Origin: a virus
Taxonomy: Duplodnaviria > Heunggongvirae > Uroviricota > Caudoviricetes
DNA length: 23,679 nt
Reading direction: 5' to 3' (one strand)
IMG/VR virus record: IMGVR_UViG_2671180884_000031
The notes under the pieces: model-generated
Told to the model about the DNA's origin: nothing
Seen by the model: only the letters and a program-made list of their open reading frames with translations
Databases searched by the model: none
Position numbers and translations under genes: made by a program
Shown: positions 7,902-15,882 of the stretch, piece by piece
Layout: each line of letters opens with the position of its first letter
Numbering within the stretch: position 1 is the first letter of the stretch

Positions 7902-8406
7902 ACAGGCTCGTGAGGCTCTGGATGCCTGGATATGTCGACCAGGAATGACACAGGAGCAGGCGACGATATTAATCACTGAAGCATTCTGGGCTTTGAAAGA
8001 GCGCTCGAACATCGATGTTCAGCGTGTCACATATGAAGGTGGCGCGGTTGATCAGCGAGCGCTTAGCGTTAATCGAGTGAAGATATTTGAACGCTGGAAG
8101 GCTATCGACACCAGGGATAAGCGTGAAAAGTTCACAGCGCTAGTGCCTGCAATTATGGAGGCTATCCGGATTAGTGATTTCAGGTTGTATCGTGAAATTA
8201 GTGACGGAAAGAGCATTACGTACATGATCGCTGGGTTAAATAAAGAATATGGCGATGTGGTGGAGTCCGGACTGCTTTTTGCAGATCCTGCCGTTGTAGA
8301 TCGTGAAACTGACGAACTTATAGAAAAAGCAATTGCTTTCAAGCTTGCGTATCGACAGCAATACCAACAAAAAGCTGGATGGAATTATGAGTCTTCTTTT
8401 TGCTGA
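7885..8406 (+). CDS. YdaT-like prophage protein (CII-like regulator / toxin YdaT family)
   Basis: 173-aa ORF overlapping the dicC 3' end by 17 bp; KREKFTALVPAIMEAIRISDFR resembles the Rac YdaT segment QREKIQKLIPAILAILPRELR. Confidence 0.5.
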   Translation: MKITPEQAREALDAWICRPGMTQEQATILITEAFWALKERSNIDVQRVTYEGGAVDQRALSVNRVKIFERWKAIDTRDKREKFTALVPAIMEAIRISDFRLYREISDGKSITYMIAGLNKEYGDVVESGLLFADPAVVDRETDELIEKAIAFKLAYRQQYQQKAGWNYESSFC

Positions 8407-9352
8407 ACGCCCACTGGTTATAAACACGCAGCTGGCAATGAAAATCGGCTTAAACGAAGCCATTGTTTTGCAACAACTGCACTACTGGTTGAGAGATACC
8501 AACTCCGGTATGGAATGTGATGGTGTTCGCTGGATTTATAACACAACGGAACAATGGCTGGAACAGTTCCCATTCTGGTCAGAGTCAACGTTAAAGCGCG
8601 CGTTTGCAAGTCTGAAAACGCTGGGGCTTTTGCGTTGTGAAAAGCTCAATAAATCAAAGCGCGATATGACCAATTTCTACACGATCAACTATGGGAGCGA
8701 GCTTTTAGATGGTGGCAAATTGAACGAATCCATCGGTTCAAAATGCGCCGCTCCATCAGGTCAAAATGACACGATGGAAGAGGTCAAAATGAAACGCTCC
8801 ATTGGTTCAAAACGACCCAATGTCATCGGGTCAAAATGGCCTGATGATCTTACAGAGAATACAACAGAGATTACTACAGAGAATAAAAACACTTTTCGTC
8901 CGGAAGCTTCGCAACCGGACCCGCAGACGACTGAACAGGATTTTTTAACCCGGAACCCCGACGCGGTTGTGTTTAGTGTGAAAAAACGCCAGTGGGGTAG
9001 CAGGGAGGATTTGGCGTGTGCGCAGTGGATTTGGGGGCGGATCGTGAACCTTTACGAACAGGCTGCCAGCGACGATGGAGAGATCATGCGACCAAAAGAG
9101 CCTAACTGGACAGCCTGGGCCAATGACGTGCGCACAATGCGGATGCTGGATGGCAGAAGCCATAGACAAATTTGCGAAATGTTTGGTCGGGTACAGCGGG
9201 ATCCATTCTGGGTAAAAAACATCATGAGCCCGTCAAAACTCCGCGAAAAATGGGACGAACTGGTCATCCGCCTGGGACGTTCACCTGAACAGCGTTGTGT
9301 GAATCATATTTCTGAACCGGATACAGAAATTCCGCCTGGTTTCAGAGGATAA
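8387..9352 (+). CDS. Phage replication initiation protein (lambda O-like replisome organiser) with internal iteron array
   Basis: ORF 8333..9352 with the likely start at ATG 8387; the N-terminal wHTH-like segment, an SIGSK-repeat middle encoded by DNA iterons, and the position after the cro/cII-like genes all fit an O-like initiator. Confidence 0.55.
   Translation: MSLLFAERPLVINTQLAMKIGLNEAIVLQQLHYWLRDTNSGMECDGVRWIYNTTEQWLEQFPFWSESTLKRAFASLKTLGLLRCEKLNKSKRDMTNFYTINYGSELLDGGKLNESIGSKCAAPSGQNDTMEEVKMKRSIGSKRPNVIGSKWPDDLTENTTEITTENKNTFRPEASQPDPQTTEQDFLTRNPDAVVFSVKKRQWGSREDLACAQWIWGRIVNLYEQAASDDGEIMRPKEPNWTAWANDVRTMRMLDGRSHRQICEMFGRVQRDPFWVKNIMSPSKLREKWDELVIRLGRSPEQRCVNHISEPDTEIPPGFRG
8729..8838. 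repeat. Iteron array, candidate prophage replication origin inside the O-like gene
   Basis: Five direct repeats of ~CATCGGTTCAAAATG at ~23-bp spacing (starting near 8729, 8752, 8777, 8798, 8822), followed by an A-rich ACAGAGA-repeat tract. Confidence 0.6.
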
Positions 9353-9392
9353 GTTTTGATTTCAGGTCATGAGGTAATTTTAAGGGGGACTT

Positions 9393-9794
9393 GTGGCAAA
9401 AGTTTTTACACAAGAAGAGCGGGAAAAAATTAAAGGGCAGGTGGTGGAACTCGTGCGCCAGAGTGGTCGTGAGACGTTACGGCAACTGGAAGCTAAAACA
9501 GGTGCGACTAGATATCTGATGAGCGTTCTTGCCAGAGAGCTGGTAGCCAGTGGCGATGTATACAACTCCGGCTACGTGTTATTCCCGTCTGAACAGGCGC
9601 GTAAGGACTGGCAAAACGCCCGCAAAAAACTATCGAGGGCAAAGGTGAAGAAAACAGCTGTGGTTGATCCGGACCTTATCTGGTCGTTACCTGATGGAGA
9701 AATACGTCGCTACGACAGTCGCCTAAACATAATCTGTCGCGAGTGCCGGATGAGTGAAGTTATGCAGCGCATACTGGCATTTTATCAGGGATAA
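9393..9794 (+). CDS. Hypothetical protein (GTG start), possibly replication-associated
   Basis: 133-aa ORF with an AGGGGG SD 5-6 nt upstream of GTG 9393; immediately follows the O-like gene. Confidence 0.45.
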   Translation: MAKVFTQEEREKIKGQVVELVRQSGRETLRQLEAKTGATRYLMSVLARELVASGDVYNSGYVLFPSEQARKDWQNARKKLSRAKVKKTAVVDPDLIWSLPDGEIRRYDSRLNIICRECRMSEVMQRILAFYQG

Positions 9795-9897
9795 TGTTAG
9801 GTATTTTAGACGTTACTAGATTAAAAAGCATTAGTTCAGGAGTGAATTGACATTCTCATTTTTCATGGCACAGGGTAGATCTGGCGTGGTTGTCCGC

Positions 9898-9918
9898 TTT
9901 GTGCCAGGAGCGGACGTT
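9898..9918. repeat. att-like repeat copy A (left boundary of cargo module 1)
   Basis: TGTGCCAGGAGCGGACGT (9900..9917) recurs exactly at 12452..12469 and in degenerate form at ~13998..14015. Confidence 0.5.
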
Positions 9919-10007
9919 GCTAATGGCATGATGTATGAACCAATGGAGAACCGATCATCTATACACATATAGATCCCTAACGAAAATATTGTTTTCACTA
10001 GCCCTGT

Positions 10008-10044
10008 AATGGAAGCGTTAATTTTATATTCTAACGCTTCCATT
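10008..10044. repeat. Perfect 13-bp inverted repeat (hairpin) downstream of the SDR gene
   Basis: AATGGAAGCGTTA (10008..10020), 11-nt loop, TAACGCTTCCATT (10032..10044); no flanking U-tract on either strand. Confidence 0.4.
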
Positions 10045-10096
10045 GAGCCTACCACTTTGGCAAAGCAATTCTTACACTTCAAAATAATGTGCTTTT

Positions 10097-10843
10097 TTAT
10101 TCAGCTAAATAACCGCCATCGATTGGATAAACGCCTCCGGTACAGAATGTAGAACTGTCTGACAGCAAGAACAATATGAAGTCTGCTATTTCCTGCATTT
10201 TTGCCATCCTTTTCATAGGGTGGCTATTTGCGAAACTACTTACAATATTTTCAGGGAACTCACTCATTCTTTGGGTTTGGACATAGCCCGGAGCGACTGC
10301 ATTGATTCGAATGCCTTGACATGCAAACTCTAGCGCTGCGGTTTGGGTTAAACCGATTATACCATGTTTAGCCACGGTGTAAGGTGCTAATCCAGGAATG
10401 CCAACCAGACCATTTACTGCAGATAAATTAACTATAGATCCACCAAACTTCATCATCTGGGGTATTTCATATTTTAGGCAGTGAAAAACGCCGCTCAATG
10501 AGGTAGCAATAACCTTATCCCAGTTTTCAACTGTCTGCTCTGTTATATTTTTACCATGTTCACCTGTTAAGCCTGCATTATTTACAGCATAATCAAGTCT
10601 GCCGAAATGTTTGATAACCTCATCTATCATTTGCCGTACTTGTTCGGGCTGTGACACATCACATCCGATCCCCATGGCTTGTTGTCCCTGTGAAGATAAT
10701 TGTTCCGCTTTTTGTTTAGCCTGTTCTGACGAGCGGGATACAATAACAACTTTTGCACCATGCTTATGTAATTGCTCTGCGACGGCCTCACCTATACCTG
10801 TAGTGCTTCCTGTTATAACGGCAATTTTATTCTGGAAATTCAT
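10097..10843 (-). CDS. SDR-family (short-chain dehydrogenase/reductase) oxidoreductase
   Basis: TGSTTGIG cofactor-binding motif, NNAG, catalytic YTVAKHG (YxxxK); start at ATG 10843 with a GGGGGTGG SD. Confidence 0.8.
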   Translation of the reverse strand: MNFQNKIAVITGSTTGIGEAVAEQLHKHGAKVVIVSRSSEQAKQKAEQLSSQGQQAMGIGCDVSQPEQVRQMIDEVIKHFGRLDYAVNNAGLTGEHGKNITEQTVENWDKVIATSLSGVFHCLKYEIPQMMKFGGSIVNLSAVNGLVGIPGLAPYTVAKHGIIGLTQTAALEFACQGIRINAVAPGYVQTQRMSEFPENIVSSFANSHPMKRMAKMQEIADFILFLLSDSSTFCTGGVYPIDGGYLAE

Positions 10844-10914
10844 AACCACCCCCTATGAAGTAGAATTGAGTCTTTCATCTGGGATAGTATACAAACCATC
10901 TGTGACAGTTTTTG

Positions 10915-11604
10915 TCAGTACTCTTTCCCCTCGCAGATCCCTTCTTTTATTCTCCATTTTTTCAATAAAATTGTCCTGCTTTCACTATAGTTGGAGTCAA
11001 GTTGCACAATATCTTCAATTTTGTCAGTTCTAAAATGACGAAAATCATTTCTCATCTCGCACCATGCAACCAAAAGCCAGCACGATTCCATGTATACCAA
11101 TCCGATGGGCCATATGACTCGTGAAGTGTAAGAATCTTTTTTATCACAATAATTTATTTTGATTTTCTTTCTTTTTTTTATAGCATTGCGAATGTCTTCA
11201 AAAAAAATCTCATTGTTTTCTGATGGACCGATCAGATAGGATTGACTCTCAATAAGATTTTTCAATTCACTGGGAATGACGGCGTGTATTTTCGCAAGCG
11301 CATTCTTTGCGGTAATTTTGAAATTATAATCTGTATTGTGCGATACCCAATTTAACCCAAGTGTAATAGCATTAATTTCTTCATGAGAAAGATTTAAGGG
11401 GGGCAAATGAAAGTCAGATTTAACAATATAACCAATTCCAGCACCACCTTCAATGCATACTCCTTGATGCTGCAGCGTTTTTATATCTCTGTAAAGGGAG
11501 CGTACACTTATTCCCAATCTTTCTGAGAGGATGGATGCTGTGATCGGATATCTTTGTGCCCTTAATATTTGTAGTAACTCGAGAAGTCTTTCTGTTCTAG
11601 TCAT
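10915..11604 (-). CDS. YafY-family transcriptional regulator (N-terminal HTH plus WYL-type ligand-binding domain)
   Basis: From the internal Met: MTRTERLLELLQILRAQRYPITASILSERLGISVRSLYRDIKTL..., a DeoR/YafY-type HTH followed by a WYL-like region; directly upstream of and co-oriented with the SDR gene. Confidence 0.6.
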   Translation of the reverse strand: MTRTERLLELLQILRAQRYPITASILSERLGISVRSLYRDIKTLQHQGVCIEGGAGIGYIVKSDFHLPPLNLSHEEINAITLGLNWVSHNTDYNFKITAKNALAKIHAVIPSELKNLIESQSYLIGPSENNEIFFEDIRNAIKKRKKIKINYCDKKDSYTSRVIWPIGLVYMESCWLLVAWCEMRNDFRHFRTDKIEDIVQLDSNYSESRTILLKKWRIKEGICEGKEY

Positions 11605-11822
11605 GTTGATAAATCCATTTTGAGGCGATTTCTTAAAGCATCTGTTAGATAAACATATTAGTACAAAGCAAGTGTACATGGCTAAGCTGAACTGCTACCG
11701 ATGATTAATACAGCGCTATGTTCGTAATGCGTACATAAGCGGTGATCATGAGTGTAAACATCCGCTTTTCGCTTATAAGGGACAACCATACTCAAATTTC
11801 CCACATTGCAGGAGATTTGAGT

Positions 11823-12425
11823 ATGAATACGTCACCGTGGAACAAAGACCGTATCATCGGCCAAAAAAGACCACTTCAGATATCTCATATCTGGGGGATC
11901 CGAATCCGGCTTGAACTGGAAGGTAAAACGCGCGATTTAGCTCTGTTCAATATGGCCCTGGACAGTAAGCTTCGAGGCTGTGATCTGGTCAAACTCAAAG
12001 TATCGGATGTGGCATATGGTAGTTCGGTTTCAAGCAGAGCAACGGTGTTGCAACAGAAAACCGGTAGCCCTGTGCAATTCGAGATAACCAAAGGGACAAG
12101 AGAAGCTGTTGCTGCATTGATAAAGCTTGGCAATTTGCACAGTAAAGACTTCTTGTTTCGGTCTCGGGTCGGAACTAACCAGCACATTTCAACCCGGCAA
12201 TACAACCGAATCTTTCATGGGTGGATAGAAAAACTTGGTCTCGAAGGTTCACTTTACAGCACACATTCAATGAGAAGAACAAAACCTTACCTGATCTACA
12301 AGAAAACCAAGAATCTCCGGGTGATCCAACTTCTGTTGGGTCATAAGAAACTGGAAAGCACAGTCCGTTATCTGGGCATTGAAGTCGATGATGCGTTAGA
12401 GATCTCTGAATCGATTGAAGTCTAA
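11823..12425 (+). CDS. Short tyrosine site-specific recombinase (~200 aa, phage-integrase family catalytic domain)
   Basis: AGGAG SD before ATG 11823; C-terminal HSMRRT...LLGHKKLESTVRYL carries the R/H-x-x-R ... Y catalytic signature. Confidence 0.65.
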   Translation: MNTSPWNKDRIIGQKRPLQISHIWGIRIRLELEGKTRDLALFNMALDSKLRGCDLVKLKVSDVAYGSSVSSRATVLQQKTGSPVQFEITKGTREAVAALIKLGNLHSKDFLFRSRVGTNQHISTRQYNRIFHGWIEKLGLEGSLYSTHSMRRTKPYLIYKKTKNLRVIQLLLGHKKLESTVRYLGIEVDDALEISESIEV

Positions 12426-12433
12426 GGTTGTCA

Positions 12434-12469
12434 GGGCTGCAACAGCAGCCCTGTGCCAGGAGCGGACGT
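12434..12469. repeat. att-like repeat copy B: hairpin GGGCTGC-AACA-GCAGCCC plus TGTGCCAGGAGCGGACGT core
   Basis: Begins 9 nt after the recombinase stop codon; hairpin plus a core identical to copy A. Confidence 0.5.
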
Positions 12470-12576
12470 CTAGTTCGCTGAACCACAAAAAGTCGTTTCT
12501 AGTTATATTACTGGCTCATTAGTATCTTTATGCGATAATATTTCATACAACCAAAATTATGATGAAGGGAGTTCAA

Positions 12577-13698
12577 ATGGCAATTACGGTCTATTCTCGT
12601 ACATTCAAAAAGGAATTGGACATGGTTCAATTGTTAAACCATTACTCATCAGATAACGCACTCAATTTCAGTGATTTCAAGGAATTTGTTGCCTTTGATG
12701 CAGAGTGCCCAATTTGCAATGTAAGCGGTGCGATTGTTGTTTCAGAAGGTTATTCGAAAAGAACAAATAAGATAGTCAGCCAATCTCATTTTGCGTTTAG
12801 AACAAAAGACGGAACTGATGCACACAAAGTATTTTGCGATCATTACAGTGGTGATGATAAGCAAATAGATTCATCAAGGGATGGTTTTATAAAATTCGGC
12901 ACCTCAGGTTCTGAGATTACAAGTATAATTCGCGAGCTTGTATGTAGAGGTATTGAACATGATGAGTTCAATCAGGAAGATATTCGAAACATGCGGCAAT
13001 GGTTTACAGAATTACGCCAGTCAGGCACTTTTTCTGTTAACTATAGCCCTCACATGATCAATCTAATAAGGGCCAGCATGTATTCCCGTAAGGGAGAAAG
13101 TAAATATATTGTAGATGAAGAGAGGAAAAATAAATCTTGGTTTGATATAAACGATGAAGTGTATCGTTCGTTAAGATTCAAATATCCATCATTGATGATC
13201 GACATGACTAATGAAAATAATTCTGTTTTCTATAATCTTGTGAATAGTACCACATTTACTAAACAAGCACATCGATTAGTAGCACGAGATCGAGGTTATC
13301 AGGTTTATGATAGAAGGTTGCTTAAAGAAAAATATGAAGCAACGATAAGAGTTGCACAAAAAATAACCAGGCATCACGAATTTCTTTTTAGGAAAATCAG
13401 GGGTATATCCGCTGTTAAAAAAAACAACCCCCTTTTGGCTGTATCTGCCTTGCTTCTTTTTGTCTCGGACTGGAATGAAACAACTGCAATCAACAAATTC
13501 ATCAAATTGTGTGGTGTAGGGAAATCTAAAAATAATGATGAGGGGAATGTAATTGGCTTAAATCCCTTTATTCATTACGATGTCTGGAATGTTATTCATC
13601 AACTTAAGGATTTAATGGTTACACTTCCAGACTTCTCAAATCTTGATGAAGAATTTGACAGAGAAAAATCCAGATTAATTGAACTTTACAAGCTCTAA
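12577..13698 (+). CDS. Hypothetical protein, 373 aa, AT-rich cargo gene; candidate accessory/anti-phage function
   Basis: GAAGGGAG SD 5 nt before ATG 12577; N-terminal CPIC ... HKVFCDH cluster suggests a metal-binding site; no family recognised by eye. Confidence 0.7.
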   Translation: MAITVYSRTFKKELDMVQLLNHYSSDNALNFSDFKEFVAFDAECPICNVSGAIVVSEGYSKRTNKIVSQSHFAFRTKDGTDAHKVFCDHYSGDDKQIDSSRDGFIKFGTSGSEITSIIRELVCRGIEHDEFNQEDIRNMRQWFTELRQSGTFSVNYSPHMINLIRASMYSRKGESKYIVDEERKNKSWFDINDEVYRSLRFKYPSLMIDMTNENNSVFYNLVNSTTFTKQAHRLVARDRGYQVYDRRLLKEKYEATIRVAQKITRHHEFLFRKIRGISAVKKNNPLLAVSALLLFVSDWNETTAINKFIKLCGVGKSKNNDEGNVIGLNPFIHYDVWNVIHQLKDLMVTLPDFSNLDEEFDREKSRLIELYKL

Positions 13699-13740
13699 CA
13701 TAAACTAGCAGGCTGCGTATACAGTCTGCTAATTTTCATA

Positions 13741-13970
13741 GTAAAGACTTCATGCTTCAGTCTCGAGTTGGAGCTATCCGTCACACATCACCCAGGCAAT
13801 TCAACCGAAATTTTTCATGGGGGGTAGAGAAGTTTTGTCTCGAAGATTTGCTTTACAGCATACTAATCATTGAACCTCTGTTGAACCATAAGAAACTGGC
13901 AAGCACAATCCGTTGCTTGGGCATTGAATTCGACGATGCGTCGTATAGCTCTGACTTGAACAAAACATAA
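13741..13970 (+). pseudogene. Degenerate duplicate of the tyrosine recombinase 3' end (remnant)
   Basis: About 75-80% nucleotide identity to 12142..12425 with an internal deletion; translation ...SRVGAIRHTSPRQFNRNF...LLNHKKLASTIRCLGIEFDDA parallels the recombinase C-terminus. Confidence 0.6.
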
Positions 13971-13978
13971 GGTTTTTA

Positions 13979-14015
13979 GGGCTGCAACAGCACCTCTGTG
14001 TCATAGGCGGAAGTT
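13979..14015. repeat. att-like repeat copy C (degenerate)
   Basis: GGGCTGCAACAGCACCTCTGTGTCATAGGCGGAAGT parallels copy B in the same position relative to the recombinase remnant. Confidence 0.45.
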
Positions 14016-14311
14016 AACAAACATTAAAATCTCTAAATCTGTAGGGATCAGACTCCTTCTATAAAAGGATACTGTTCATATCCTTAGTTGTATATAGGTG
14101 TGTTTAGAGTATTAGGATGCTAGTTTTGAAAATTAATTTTTTAAACATATTGAATTTTTTAAGAATTGGGAATAGTGTATAGCTTTGTCATGGCGGATTT
14201 TTTCTCTTCAAGTATTTATTTGAACACTACTTCTTGCACCTGCAAGGTTACAATATCGTGTAAATTTGTTCACAAAGACATAGATTATAATTTTTACTTA
14301 AAGGAAATTCA

Positions 14312-15565
14312 ATGTCAAAAAATCTCCCGGTTTTATTAAGCTCGCCATCAACAACTAATTTTCCTGCAACAGTTAATACTGAAATAGAATTCCTTTCGCA
14401 AGCTAGAAAGTTGTTAGATTCTGGCTTCCCTGATCATGCTCTTTTAGATATATGGAATGCATCCATTCATAATCTTAGGCGGCGAATTGAGGCTTATGGT
14501 TTAGACTTATTCCTTTCCGCAATAAAGGATGATAGTGGTCGTAAAAAATATGATAAAGATGGTGAAACAATAAACGAGAGATGGTCAGGTGTAGATGATT
14601 TAGTGCTAATAAGTGGAGCCACCAAATTAGGGGTTCTGCATAAGAAAGCTGGAAAATCATTAGAAATGATCAATTGGATGAGAAACCATGCCTCTCCAGC
14701 CCATGCAAGTGATAGTAAAGTAGAGTCTGAGGATGTGTTTGCTTTGGCTCTTATGCTCCAGAAGAATTTATTCGAATCTGATATGCCAGACCCTGGACAT
14801 TCGCCATCTGGATTATTTGAACCCATAAAAAAATCTGAACTATCAATTGAGAGCATAGACTTACTTAAAGATCAAATAAGAGCATTTAAGCAAGCTGATA
14901 TAAGAATAACATTTGGATTTTTATTGGATTTAATAACTAAGGGGGAAAATCCTGCTTATGTTAATGCTAGCAAGTTGTTTGAACAAGCATGGGAAAGATC
15001 TAATGATGACCTTAAAAAAACAGCGGGGGAAAGATATCACTCATTTATGCTGGAGCCCGAATCGGATACAAGTGAGGATAAAGGAGCAAAAATAAGAATT
15101 TTAGAGACTTTAGTAAAAGTTAATGGTGTGAAATTTATACCTGATGCTGCTAGGGCAAGTTTATACAGACATGCGGTTAAACAGCTAGCTAAAGCTAAGG
15201 ATACATCTTACGGCTGGAATGATGAAGAAAGAGCAGCCAAGGCACTTATACAATTTGGACCTCATGTTCCATCTATTGCTTTTGAAGATGTATATCAAGA
15301 AATACTTACTGTTTGGGTGGGGAATTACTGGGGAAGATCTGATGCACATTTAGTACTTCAACCATTTTTAGATGTGTTAAATAGTAATCAATTGATGGCT
15401 CTCTCACGGTTGTTCGTGGAGAATGAAAGAGCAAATTCAGAACTGGTGTCATCAAGGCCCAAAAGAAGAGCAATAGAATTACTTGAGATAATAAAAAATA
15501 ATCTAACAATTCAAGCAAGCATTGATGAAATTGATAGGATTATTTCTGAAATTGATAAAATGTAA
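14312..15565 (+). CDS. Hypothetical protein, 417 aa, with HEPN-like R-x6-H motif; candidate abortive-infection/defence protein
   Basis: AAGGAAA SD before ATG 14312; helical N-terminal region with WMRNHASPAH (R-x6-H) resembling the HEPN active-site motif; AT-rich; own terminator downstream. Confidence 0.7.
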   Translation: MSKNLPVLLSSPSTTNFPATVNTEIEFLSQARKLLDSGFPDHALLDIWNASIHNLRRRIEAYGLDLFLSAIKDDSGRKKYDKDGETINERWSGVDDLVLISGATKLGVLHKKAGKSLEMINWMRNHASPAHASDSKVESEDVFALALMLQKNLFESDMPDPGHSPSGLFEPIKKSELSIESIDLLKDQIRAFKQADIRITFGFLLDLITKGENPAYVNASKLFEQAWERSNDDLKKTAGERYHSFMLEPESDTSEDKGAKIRILETLVKVNGVKFIPDAARASLYRHAVKQLAKAKDTSYGWNDEERAAKALIQFGPHVPSIAFEDVYQEILTVWVGNYWGRSDAHLVLQPFLDVLNSNQLMALSRLFVENERANSELVSSRPKRRAIELLEIIKNNLTIQASIDEIDRIISEIDKM

Positions 15566-15577
15566 TTTATTTGCAAT

Positions 15578-15610
15578 TAAGCCATGCTTTTTAGGTGGCT
15601 TATTTTTTTT
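15578..15610 (+). terminator. Rho-independent terminator after the 417-aa gene
   Basis: AAGCCA ... TGGCTT stem followed by an 8-T run, 13 nt after the stop codon. Confidence 0.55.
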
Positions 15611-15882
15611 GAATCTACTACTTATATTGATATTAGCAATGTAATTGCTAAAGTATTCCTAGCCCACTATTCATCTAAATATGGTTGTCGAAAGGCCCGC
15701 TTCTCGCTCAAAGCGGACTAGAAGGTTAGCTTGTGTCGGACTTTGCGTATTAAATGACTAGTGGTTGAGCCCCATTTCCACAGAAAAAATCAGAGAAACT
15801 ATACCCAATAGTTGTATTGAATCACTGACGAGACAGCCTCATATTCATCAGGACTGGTGTACGTCCAATACAGGAGGTTGTG

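Noticed and set aside
7797-8609. Minus-strand ORFs 7797..8012, 8052..8342, 8236..8463, 8418..8609
   Set aside because: Antisense to the dicC, ydaT-like and O-like genes.
8945-9565. Minus-strand ORFs 8945..9169, 9052..9267, 9380..9565
   Set aside because: Antisense to the O-like gene and the 133-aa gene.
9831-10082. 83-aa minus-strand ORF in the junction between att-like copy A and the SDR gene
   Set aside because: No SD, spans the att-like repeat and the 13-bp hairpin; more likely non-coding junction sequence.
10611-11033. 140-aa plus-strand ORF
   Set aside because: Antisense across the SDR and YafY genes; Cys/Ser-rich.
11885-12486. Minus-strand ORFs 11885..12205 and 12175..12486
   Set aside because: Antisense to the tyrosine recombinase gene and its att-like hairpin.
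14475-15518. Minus-strand ORFs 14475..14660, 14494..14856, 15306..15518
   Set aside because: Antisense within the 417-aa gene.
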